Notes under the pieces: generated by a model
Told to the model about the DNA's origin: nothing
Databases searched by the model: none
What the model saw: the letters and a program-made list of their open reading frames with translations, nothing else
Origin: Bacilli bacterium
Lineage (GTDB): Bacteria; Bacillota_I; Bacilli_A; RF39; UBA660
Assembly: GCA_017512495.1 (NCBI GenBank)
Contig: JAFWGF010000041.1
Span: 5,773 to 69,772 of the forward strand
Reading direction: 5' to 3'
DNA: 64,000 nucleotides
Program-made: the position numbers and the translations under genes
Shown: positions 1-7,815 of the stretch, in pieces
Layout of the letters: each line of letters begins with the position of its first letter
How positions within the stretch are numbered: the stretch's first letter is position 1

Positions 1-190
1 CTAATGTATCCAACTTTATTAATTCAAGTGATTCTCCCTTTGCTAACATGTAACCCATAGTTGTTTCTAATAAAAAATGCAATTTATCAAAGTTTTCGAT
101 TTTCTTTACTCCGGTTATTACTAATGTTTTTCTTTCTAACAAATTAACACTATGATTATAAGTACTAATACTAGAATTATCTCTATCCAT
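1..190 (-). CDS. yabP: Sporulation protein YabP (5' part only, gene runs off the window edge)
   Basis: Not in the ORF track. Reverse-strand translation from ATG at 190-188 gives MDRDNSSISTYNHSVNLLERKTLVITGVKKIENFDKLHFLLETTMGYMLAKGESLELIKLDTL. This fits the YabP pattern (R..L.ItGV..ie.Fd...f.LeT..G.l.ikGe.L....L). AGGAGG lies 6 nt upstream (198-203 on the plus strand). Confidence 0.6.
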   Translation of the reverse strand, partial: MDRDNSSISTYNHSVNLLERKTLVITGVKKIENFDKLHFLLETTMGYMLAKGESLELIKLDTL

Positions 191-232
191 ATTATTCCTC
201 CTAATAAAATATATGAACTAGAAAAAATAATA

Positions 233-271
233 TGCAAAAAAAAAGATGCTTTAGTTTCAAAACTAGCATCT
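233..271 (-). terminator. Rho-independent terminator after spoVG
   Basis: Inverted repeat agatgct...agcatct (244-250 / 265-271) with an inner tagttt/aaacta pairing. It is followed on the minus strand by a U-run (plus-strand A-run 234-244). Confidence 0.5.
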
Positions 272-545
272 ACTCTTCTGTTTGAACATCTTCTGCTTCT
301 TCGTAAGCAGTTAAAATTGCTTTTTCAAACATAGCACGTACTTCTGGATTAATTGGATGAGCTATATCACGGTATCCTCCAGTAGCTGTTTTTCGGCTTG
401 GCATAGCTATGAATAAACCGTTGTCTCCTTCAATTATTCTGATATCATGTACTGCAAAACTATCATCTAATAAAATAGATGCGATTCCTTTCATACGAGA
501 ACCTTCTTTTTCAATCTTACGTACATTTACAGATGTAATTTCCAT
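270..545 (-). CDS. spoVG: Septation/regulatory protein SpoVG
   Basis: The 91-aa [55 protein letters not shown]...[11 protein letters not shown] is a near-textbook SpoVG sequence. Confidence 0.9.
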   Translation of the reverse strand: MEITSVNVRKIEKEGSRMKGIASILLDDSFAVHDIRIIEGDNGLFIAMPSRKTATGGYRDIAHPINPEVRAMFEKAILTAYEEAEDVQTEE

Positions 546-628
546 ATGAATATTCCTCCCTCATAAAGTAAAATAACTTTATATAAAATATTTTATAATA
601 TTCTTTTTGAAAAAGCAACAAAATTTAA

Positions 629-841
629 CTATGATATTATTCTTATAGTCCTTATGACATAATCACTATACGTAAAACTTTTTATCATTCCATTATCAAG
701 TTCTATTAAAAATATAGCCGGATATAATTCAATTATTTTTCCATCAAATTCTTCTATTTGATTTCTACTACCAATATATACAAAATGATGTTCTTTTCCC
801 TTTTGTTCAAAAACAAGTTTTTTTGCAGTATCTAAATTCAT
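629..841 (-). CDS. veg: Veg family protein
   Basis: 70-aa ORF with the Veg-like core (GKIIELYPAIFLIELDNG...SFTYSDY). It lies directly downstream of yabG, as in the Bacillus ksgA-yabG-veg order. Confidence 0.75.
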   Translation of the reverse strand: MNLDTAKKLVFEQKGKEHHFVYIGSRNQIEEFDGKIIELYPAIFLIELDNGMIKSFTYSDYVIRTIRIIS

Positions 842-1617
842 CTAGGATACCCCACATACATAGTTCCATTTGTAATTATTCCACCTATTCCAGCACTACC
901 ATATTTTGTTTTTTCAATCGTTTTTATTAAATCAATACTTTGATTTTTGTCAGATAATGCTATTGATGTAGCGATAATAGCAGGATCTAGTGCATGAATG
1001 TTTATTCTCTTAGGGCTTGAAGCGAAATTTGCTCCAGCCATAATTAGTTCTTCATAGTTAGACTGACAAGCACCAGCTATTATTATTAATTTATCCTGAC
1101 TTTTTTCATATTTACGAGCTTCCTTTATAGCAGATATAAAATTATCACTATTTTCATAATTACTAGAATCTAATTTATTATCACTTTTAGATACAAATGA
1201 ATCATGACCAGTAATAACTATAATATCCGGTTTATATTTATTTATTAGTTCAATTATCTTTTTAGAAATATCCGATTCTTTCAATACAATCCCATTAGCT
1301 TTTATACCCATCTTTTTATAAAAATTCATGCATCTTTTTAAATAGTTATTATCACTATCAACATGAAGTATTTTCCCCGGGAGATAAAAATATTGATCCC
1401 TATCAAAATTCAAAAATTCAAGATTTTTTTCAATTATTTCTCTATCATCAATTATTGCTTTTTCTACTTTAGTAAGATCACTAATATTGGCATCAGCACA
1501 TAATCTAACATTATAACCAGATAAATAAACAATATCATTAACAATGTTATTTATTTTAAAAACAATGTCATTATTATGAGATTTTCTACTGACTAAATCT
1601 CCTATTTTAAAATTCAA
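838..1617 (-). CDS. yabG: Sporulation-specific protease YabG (peptidase U57)
   Basis: 259 aa with full-length resemblance to B. subtilis YabG: MNFKIGDLVSRKS, PGKILHVDSD..YLKRC, KPDIIVITGHD, IIAGACQSNYEELIMAGANFASSPKRINIHALDP. Confidence 0.85.
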   Translation of the reverse strand: MNFKIGDLVSRKSHNNDIVFKINNIVNDIVYLSGYNVRLCADANISDLTKVEKAIIDDREIIEKNLEFLNFDRDQYFYLPGKILHVDSDNNYLKRCMNFYKKMGIKANGIVLKESDISKKIIELINKYKPDIIVITGHDSFVSKSDNKLDSSNYENSDNFISAIKEARKYEKSQDKLIIIAGACQSNYEELIMAGANFASSPKRINIHALDPAIIATSIALSDKNQSIDLIKTIEKTKYGSAGIGGIITNGTMYVGYPR

Positions 1618-1677
1618 TTAATCATCACCCAATGAATTTTATGCAAAAAAAAAAGAAAGTAGAAACACTTCTTTTTA

Positions 1678-1890
1678 TTATTCAAAAAAATTTTTGTACT
1701 CTTCTTCTAATTTTTGTAATATTTCATCACTAACAGGAAGTAAATCATTATTATTTTCTTCTCCAACATAAACATCTTCTACAGTTAAGTTATCTTTTTT
1801 ATAGCTATAGAACAAATATTTTTTATCATCTATTTCTACTTGAAACAAGGGATATATTATTTCGTTATTATTTAATTTGTAATTATCCAT
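1678..1890 (-). CDS. Small acidic protein, DUF1292-like (hypothetical)
   Basis: The ORF-track frame is 1678..1905. I prefer the ATG at 1890 (MDNYKL...) because GGAGG lies 8 nt upstream, inside the end of the preceding gene. The pattern (...IIYPLFQVEIDDKKYLFY...EDVYVGEE...LLPVSDEILQKLEEEY) resembles the DUF1292/YrzB family. Confidence 0.4.
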   Translation of the reverse strand: MDNYKLNNNEIIYPLFQVEIDDKKYLFYSYKKDNLTVEDVYVGEENNNDLLPVSDEILQKLEEEYKNFFE

Positions 1891-1891
1891 T

Positions 1892-2479
1892 CTACTTACC
1901 TCCATATTTTTCCCTATATTCTAATTTTGTTTTTTGTTCTGCAACTAAATCAACTGTTTGATAATGCTTTTCACCATCCCAATTAGCTATAATATTCAAA
2001 TAATTAGGAGATAAAATGACATCTTCATCTTTTATAATACCAGCTACATATAGTTGATAAAATACACTAGATTCTTTAAATGGAATTGCTTTTGTTTTTT
2101 TAGCTTTTATGCTCTCATTAGTCAACAAATCAATATTTCTATTATTACTATCTACTAGATGTGCTTTTCCATCATCATAAGAAATTATATATATAGAAGA
2201 TCCAGAATACGTATTATTGTTATATGAAAAAGTTACATTTCTGTATATTTCATCAAATCTTAAATCATAATCTTTTTGATTTATTTGATTTAAATTTTCT
2301 AAATAATGTGTACTATAAAAACCATATTCATCACTATCCAACATTTCTGGTCCAAGTTTATCAATTGTAACAAATGTTGCGGCTAATGAAAAAATAATTA
2401 CTCCTCCACCAATTACTTTTTTTAATGGAACATCTCTATTAATAATCAATTTTGGTTCGCTTGTATTTTTCAATTTCAT
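1892..2479 (-). CDS. Hypothetical N-terminally membrane-anchored protein
   Basis: 195-aa ORF with a single hydrophobic segment (VIGGGVIIFSLAATFVTI) near the N-terminus. It is tightly packed between the flanking cassette genes. I recognise no family. Confidence 0.5.
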   Translation of the reverse strand: MKLKNTSEPKLIINRDVPLKKVIGGGVIIFSLAATFVTIDKLGPEMLDSDEYGFYSTHYLENLNQINQKDYDLRFDEIYRNVTFSYNNNTYSGSSIYIISYDDGKAHLVDSNNRNIDLLTNESIKAKKTKAIPFKESSVFYQLYVAGIIKDEDVILSPNYLNIIANWDGEKHYQTVDLVAEQKTKLEYREKYGGK

Positions 2480-2489
2480 AGTAACCCTC

Positions 2490-4118
2490 CTAATTTAATA
2501 CATAATCCATATATTCATATAATGTCTCGTATTTTTTTCCATCTACATCTATATTAATTTCTACATTCTTCAATCGATCTGGTTGATGAAAATAATAATC
2601 TGTTGAATCAGCAAACAATTCATATTTATTAGATAAGGAATATTCCCTTAATGTTTCTTTATTAACTTCATAAACGTCTTTACTAGTTACTTGATCATAA
2701 ATACTTTTCCATGTAGCATTAGTATCCCTATCTTTAAAAATCCTCTTATTATTTGCATAAGCATGTCCATTTTCATGAGTATATGCTTCCAACATATAAT
2801 CATATTGCCATTGGTGATTATTATAACTATTTTTATCATCAAAATTCAAAAATTCATCTGAATAAATAACAATATCAGAACGATTGCTATATCCGTTTGT
2901 TTTAGAACAGTATGCTGCAGATTGGTCAGCTGCTTGGATATTTTCGCGTGAATCTGGATCAATATAAACCATTGTTACTGATTCAACTCTTTTACCAGTC
3001 TCCTCTTTAAATTTATCTGAATAAAGTTTCTTATTATCCATGACGTCATTATAATATTGGGTAACCTTATTAATATATTTTTTCTTTTGATTTTCTGTCA
3101 TCGGAACATAGACAATTTCTCCATCCACATATTTAGCTATAGCTAAAGGAGCTCTTACCTTTATACCATCTTCATTATAATATTCTATATATTCACCTTC
3201 ATATTTAACAGTAGCAAATATTGTCTTACCATCATTTTTAGTTAATTGTGTATCTATCTTACCAGTCTTAATTTCAGGTTTATATTTTACATTCACAACA
3301 TATTTTTGATACATAGCTTTTAAATAATCTTGATATGATTTATAACCTTTTGGTTTACGTTCTTCAAATTCTTCTGGGGTCATTATAGTATATCCTTCAT
3401 TAGCAGCATCTTCATAACTTTCCCAACCCGTATTTGCATTCATGTCATCAGCTGTATTAGGGGTAATTGGTTTCTCACTTGAAGATAAATTTCCCCACTT
3501 CACTTTATACCTATTTGCCTCTTCAGGTTTTGGATACATTTCTTCTACTTTAGATAAAGCCTCTGATACAGCTGAGTAATATTTATTTCTTGAATCTCTT
3601 TTTCCAGAAATAATAACTTTTTGGTAATTATCATCTTCTCCATTTATTAGTTTTATCTTAGATAAAGTTTCTTTTAAAACATTACCATTTTCATCTTTTT
3701 TACCGCTTTTAACAGGAACTTGCAAATTACTATTATAATTATCTACAGCTTCTCTCAATACGTCTTTTCTCTTATTATACTCTTTCATTACTTTATCATA
3801 ATAAGTTTCTACTTCTTCCACCGTATGATTATTTCCAGCAGATATTATTTCATTACCAACACTATCTAAATCAGTACTAGTAATTTCAAGTCTTTTCAAC
3901 ATTTCTTGAGCTATTTCATTTAATGGTGCTCTTCCTTCAATACTTAAAGCATCTACAGATAACCCTTTATCCATATCACTATTAATCTGATTAGATATAT
4001 CTCCAGTAATCTTAGTTAATTTGCCACTAGTAAAAGATTGAGCTAGTTGCTTAGTCTTTTCAGGATTTAAAAATTCGCTAGGATTAGTTTCCCACTCTAT
4101 ATTTTTAATTTTTGCCAT
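2490..4118 (-). CDS. Putative zinc metalloprotease with an anthrax-lethal-factor-like (ATLF/gluzincin) C-terminal domain and no signal peptide
   Basis: 542-aa ORF with a hydrophilic N-terminus (MAKIKNIEWETNPSEF...). The C-terminus carries HExxH (AYTHENGHAYANN). About 50 aa downstream is NKYELFADSTDYYF, which resembles the E-x-F-A-E third zinc-ligand motif of lethal-factor/PPEP-like domains. Confidence 0.55.
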   Translation of the reverse strand: MAKIKNIEWETNPSEFLNPEKTKQLAQSFTSGKLTKITGDISNQINSDMDKGLSVDALSIEGRAPLNEIAQEMLKRLEITSTDLDSVGNEIISAGNNHTVEEVETYYDKVMKEYNKRKDVLREAVDNYNSNLQVPVKSGKKDENGNVLKETLSKIKLINGEDDNYQKVIISGKRDSRNKYYSAVSEALSKVEEMYPKPEEANRYKVKWGNLSSSEKPITPNTADDMNANTGWESYEDAANEGYTIMTPEEFEERKPKGYKSYQDYLKAMYQKYVVNVKYKPEIKTGKIDTQLTKNDGKTIFATVKYEGEYIEYYNEDGIKVRAPLAIAKYVDGEIVYVPMTENQKKKYINKVTQYYNDVMDNKKLYSDKFKEETGKRVESVTMVYIDPDSRENIQAADQSAAYCSKTNGYSNRSDIVIYSDEFLNFDDKNSYNNHQWQYDYMLEAYTHENGHAYANNKRIFKDRDTNATWKSIYDQVTSKDVYEVNKETLREYSLSNKYELFADSTDYYFHQPDRLKNVEINIDVDGKKYETLYEYMDYVLN

Positions 4119-4230
4119 CTTTATCTACCTCTGTTATATCAGCCTATATTATAATTTTACAATACTATCATTTTATATACAAGGAAAGCATAATAAAAAC
4201 AGCCAATTTGACTGTTTTAAATTCTTTCAA

Positions 4231-5039
4231 TCAACAATTACTATCATATAATTCATTAGCTAAATCAACAAATGTTTCAACACTTAGCATCTCTGCGCGT
4301 GCATTTAAATCAAAATTATATCTATTAAGAACTTTTTCAACTATTTCCAAATTGTATTTTTTCAAATTATTTCTAATATTTTTTCTTTTATATTGAAATG
4401 CTTCTTTTAATAATTTTTCAAAATAATCAAAATCTTTTAATGGTAATTTTTCTTCTTTTTCTGTAAAGGAAACTACTACACTATCAACCTTTGGTACTGG
4501 AATAAATTCTTTCTTTGAAACAAATATTTCTTTTTTTATATTATAAAAATAATTTAAAAGAACAGTTATTGAACCATATTCTCTACTTCCTGGAGCTGTT
4601 GAAAATCTATTTCCTACTTCTTTTTGAACCATCATAACAATTTTATTGAATTTTAAATTTGAATTCATTAATTTTAAAATAATTGGCGTTGTTATATAAT
4701 AAGGAACATTACTTACAAAAAAAAGTTTTTCATATTCATATTTAGAAACATCCTCTTTTAAATCAGATACTAAAAAGTCCTTAAAATAATATCAACATTA
4801 GAATATGAATTTAGTTTTATTGCTAATTCATTTTCTAAATCTTTATCTATTTCATAAGCTATTACTTTTTTAGCTCTAGTAGCTAATTCTTTTGTCATTA
4901 TAGCTCCGCCTGGACCAACTTCAATTACCAAAGAATTATTATCAATATCGCAAATATCTACTATTCTTTTTACTATTCGATTATCTTTCAAAAAATTTTG
5001 CCCAAACTTTTTTTTAAAACTTACATTATACTTTTCCAT
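4231..5039 (-). pseudogene. rsmA: 16S rRNA (adenine1518/1519-N6)-dimethyltransferase RsmA/KsgA, split by a 1-nt frameshift
   Basis: Two adjacent ORFs cover the N-terminal and C-terminal parts of KsgA. The first (4770..5039) reads FGQNFL...EVGPGGAIMT...YEIDKDL...NVDIIL and then stops. The second (4231..4668) reads MMVQKEVGNRF.... The second frame is open back to 4791 and reads ...KDFLVSDLKEDVSKYEYEKLFFVSNVPYYITTPIILKLMNS.... The two frames join if one base is added in the T4/A2 run at 4781-4786. Confidence 0.8.
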
Positions 5040-5089
5040 ATTATCACCAACAAACTTATTATAAATTAAAGAGTAATAAAAAGAAAGCG

Positions 5090-5683
5090 TTACGCTTTTC
5101 TTTTTGACATTATAAATAGTATTCTACTTAATTCATAAATTAATAATATCATAGCTGGAATCAACAAACTTAAAGAGAAACGAGCAGGGCTTGAAACTAA
5201 TGCTTGCATTTTTCCTACTGCAGGAATTTTAAATAATACTTTTCCATAAATGTCTTCTGTTTTTACTAAAGCTTTATCAACTTGCATATTATTATCCCCT
5301 TTAGTTGTATAAATAGATTCATCAACTGAAGCATTCTTTTTATTAACAATTCTATGAGTCACTAATTTCCCAGAATAATTAACATCTGATGAAGAAAAAG
5401 TAATAATATCTCCTATATTATATTTATCATGATCAATTCTTTTAATAATTATTGCATCATTTATTTTTATTGTTGGAACCATGCTTGGAGAAACGATTAA
5501 ATAAGCTCCAAATAAAGGATTTTTATAATTACCTTTACTAGTAGATAATAACAAATCTCCGAAATATAATAAAAATGCAAAACACAATAGAGAGATAAAA
5601 CAAAAGACAGTTATCAAAAATGAACGTACAACAAAGTAAACTAAATAATGAATTTGTTTAGTTTTCGTACTAAAACTACTCAT
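5090..5683 (-). CDS. sipW: Signal peptidase I, SipW (ER/archaeal) type
   Basis: Motifs: LIVSPSMVPTIKINDAIIIKRID, GDIITF, LVTHRIV, TKGDNN, plus a C-terminal TM segment as in SipW. I prefer the start at ATG 5683 (MSSFSTKTK...) with AGGAGGG 6 nt upstream. The ORF-track start at 5767 has no RBS. Confidence 0.8.
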   Translation of the reverse strand: MSSFSTKTKQIHYLVYFVVRSFLITVFCFISLLCFAFLLYFGDLLLSTSKGNYKNPLFGAYLIVSPSMVPTIKINDAIIIKRIDHDKYNIGDIITFSSSDVNYSGKLVTHRIVNKKNASVDESIYTTKGDNNMQVDKALVKTEDIYGKVLFKIPAVGKMQALVSSPARFSLSLLIPAMILLIYELSRILFIMSKRKA

Positions 5684-5769
5684 GATATCCCTCCTATCTA
5701 AATATATTATAATACCCTCATCTATAAAAATGCTATATTTGATAAAAAAAAGAAGTGTACTTGACACTT

Positions 5770-6372
5770 CTAATTAGCTTTTCCGTTAATTACTACTTCA
5801 ACACTATAATTTCCTGTTTGAACAACACTACTACTTGATAACCATAGTCTTAATCTATAATTATCTTTTAAAGATTTAGTTGTCTTTTCCTTTACTAGAA
5901 CCATACTTCCTTCAGGAGAACCTAATTTTGTATCTTTCTTTAAAGACTTATATACAGATGGTCCAAAAACCTTATTGTAAGTTCCACTTTCTTCTTTCTC
6001 TAAATAAATTTTCATATCATCATCACTAAGTGTTGATATTCTTTCGTTTTTTATTACAGCTATTTCATATTCAATTGAATTAGCTTCATCAACATCAATA
6101 TCAACTGAAAAATCAAAGTATTGTCCTTCTTTATCATTTTTCATACCAACAGAATCTTCAGTTGGAGTAATCTGGGTTAAATTCAAACCAGTAATATTAT
6201 TAGTATAATTTAATACTATATTTCCACCCTTTACCTTTTTCTCTATAACTTCTTCTTCTCTATTAGCAAACAAGAAAAAGATAATTCCTACAAAAACAAT
6301 TAAAACTAGACATACTCCAAGAAGTACATACCAAAATTTTCTAGATAATTCCCCACTCTTTTTATTCTCCAT
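5770..6372 (-). CDS. Hypothetical secreted or membrane-anchored protein, paralog of 6381..6974
   Basis: 200 aa. An N-terminal TM/signal-anchor (FWYVLLGVCLVLIVFVGIIFFLF) is followed by a beta-rich domain. It shares blocks with its neighbour: SIEYEIAVIKN vs TVEYEIYINK, and NYRLRLWLSSSSVV vs KLILRSWLSDSYVV. Confidence 0.6.
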   Translation of the reverse strand: MENKKSGELSRKFWYVLLGVCLVLIVFVGIIFFLFANREEEVIEKKVKGGNIVLNYTNNITGLNLTQITPTEDSVGMKNDKEGQYFDFSVDIDVDEANSIEYEIAVIKNERISTLSDDDMKIYLEKEESGTYNKVFGPSVYKSLKKDTKLGSPEGSMVLVKEKTTKSLKDNYRLRLWLSSSSVVQTGNYSVEVVINGKAN

Positions 6373-6380
6373 ATTTCCTC

Positions 6381-6974
6381 CTATTTAGTCCTTACATATA
6401 CATCATAATTAAAGCTATGTTGCTCATTGGATACTACATAACTATCTGATAACCATGAGCGTAATATTAATTTTTGTTTTTCCTTTTCTTTTATTGTTCC
6501 TCTATATAAAAGATTACTACTAGGTAAATCCATTAAAACTGGTAAATCATTATAAGTAGGAATTGCATTTTTTTCAAACCCTTTCAAAGGATTATCTGCT
6601 TCATCAGTTAAATAATATTTAATATAATTTCCTCTTATTTCATCTGATAATTGGATTTTATTGATATATATTTCATATTCAACTGTCCTTGATAAATTAT
6701 TAGTAATACTAATTTCCATATATCCTTGTATACCTGTATCAGTTCCCTTACCATCGATTTTCTTGCCTAATTCATCAGAAATTGGTAAATCACTCGTAAT
6801 TATTATATTTTTAGATTTATCAAATTTTACCGTAATATCATCTGATGAGTTTGATTGCTTATGACTATTAAAATAAAAAATACTAAAAACAAATGAAAGA
6901 ACGAATAAAATTAATACTATAGATATTGCTGTTACAACTTGTTTTTTATTCTTTTTTAACATAGCATCACTCAC
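6381..6974 (-). CDS. Hypothetical secreted or membrane-anchored protein, paralog of 5770..6372
   Basis: 197 aa with an N-terminal TM/signal-anchor (VVTAISIVLILFVLSFVFSIFYF). Architecture and conserved blocks match the downstream gene, and it is co-directional with sipW. Confidence 0.6.
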   Translation of the reverse strand: MSDAMLKKNKKQVVTAISIVLILFVLSFVFSIFYFNSHKQSNSSDDITVKFDKSKNIIITSDLPISDELGKKIDGKGTDTGIQGYMEISITNNLSRTVEYEIYINKIQLSDEIRGNYIKYYLTDEADNPLKGFEKNAIPTYNDLPVLMDLPSSNLLYRGTIKEKEKQKLILRSWLSDSYVVSNEQHSFNYDVYVRTK

Positions 6975-7004
6975 CCTATTATTAATAATACGATATCATA
7001 AAAA

Positions 7005-7763
7005 CTACTTCAAGTCAAACAAAGTAATAGCATTTTCAGTAGTGATTTTAGCTACTTTTTCAACAGAAATACTTAATATTTCAGAAATCTTTTCAGCTAT
7101 ATATGGAATATACTTAGATGAGTTTTGTTTTCCTCTTACAGGTACTGGAGCTAAGTATGGAGCATCTGTTTCTAAAATTATGTTTTCTACTCCTATTTCT
7201 TCTACTACTTTGTATAAATTACTATTCTTAAATGTTACTACTCCACCAATTCCTATTTTATATCCCATAGAAATATATATTTTTGCTGTTTCAAGGCTAC
7301 CACTAAAACAATGAATATCACCTATTACATTAGGAAACTCTTTTAAAATACCAATAGTATCTTCTGTTGCATCTCTACTGTGAATTACTACTGGTAAATG
7401 TAGCTTTTCTGCTAAAGCCATTTGCTTTCTAAACAATTCTTTTTGAAGTTCTATATCTTCTTTACCATAATGATAATCTAGTCCTATTTCTCCTACTCCT
7501 ACTATTCTAGAATTAGATTTTATTTGTTCTTCTAATAATTCTAAGTCTTTATCTGTTATTTCATTAACTTCACTAGGATGATAACCAATAGTTAAGTAAA
7601 TACCTTCATATTTATTAGTTAAATCAATGGATTCAATAATACTATCTTTGGTACATCCAGAAATAATAATTCTATTTACTTTGTTTTCTTTATTCTCTTT
7701 TATTACTAAATCTATATCATCATAATCTTCAACAGACAAATGACAATGAGTATCTATATACAT
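7005..7763 (-). CDS. tatD: TatD family metal-dependent hydrolase (YabD-like)
   Basis: MYIDTHCHL start, GEIGLDYHY, PVVIHSRDA, HCFSG and ETDAPYL motifs. It lies downstream of metG, as in Bacillus. Confidence 0.85.
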   Translation of the reverse strand: MYIDTHCHLSVEDYDDIDLVIKENKENKVNRIIISGCTKDSIIESIDLTNKYEGIYLTIGYHPSEVNEITDKDLELLEEQIKSNSRIVGVGEIGLDYHYGKEDIELQKELFRKQMALAEKLHLPVVIHSRDATEDTIGILKEFPNVIGDIHCFSGSLETAKIYISMGYKIGIGGVVTFKNSNLYKVVEEIGVENIILETDAPYLAPVPVRGKQNSSKYIPYIAEKISEILSISVEKVAKITTENAITLFDLK

Positions 7764-7788
7764 ATAATCACCTAGAAATATTATAGTA

Positions 7789-7815
7789 CAAAAAAAAGAA
7801 GATTGGTATCTTCTA
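7789..7815 (-). terminator. Rho-independent terminator after metG
   Basis: Hairpin agaagat/atcttct (7797-7803 / 7808-7814) overlaps the metG stop codon. It is followed on the minus strand by a U-run (plus-strand A-run 7790-7797). Confidence 0.5.

Noticed and set aside
1368-1386. TATTTTCCCCGGGAGATA inside yabG, which resembles a Noc-binding site.
   Set aside because: The core is CCCCGGG (7 bp), so the half-sites are out of register by one base, and one arm has an extra mismatch. It is a coding-sequence coincidence unless a genome-wide scan or ChIP says otherwise.
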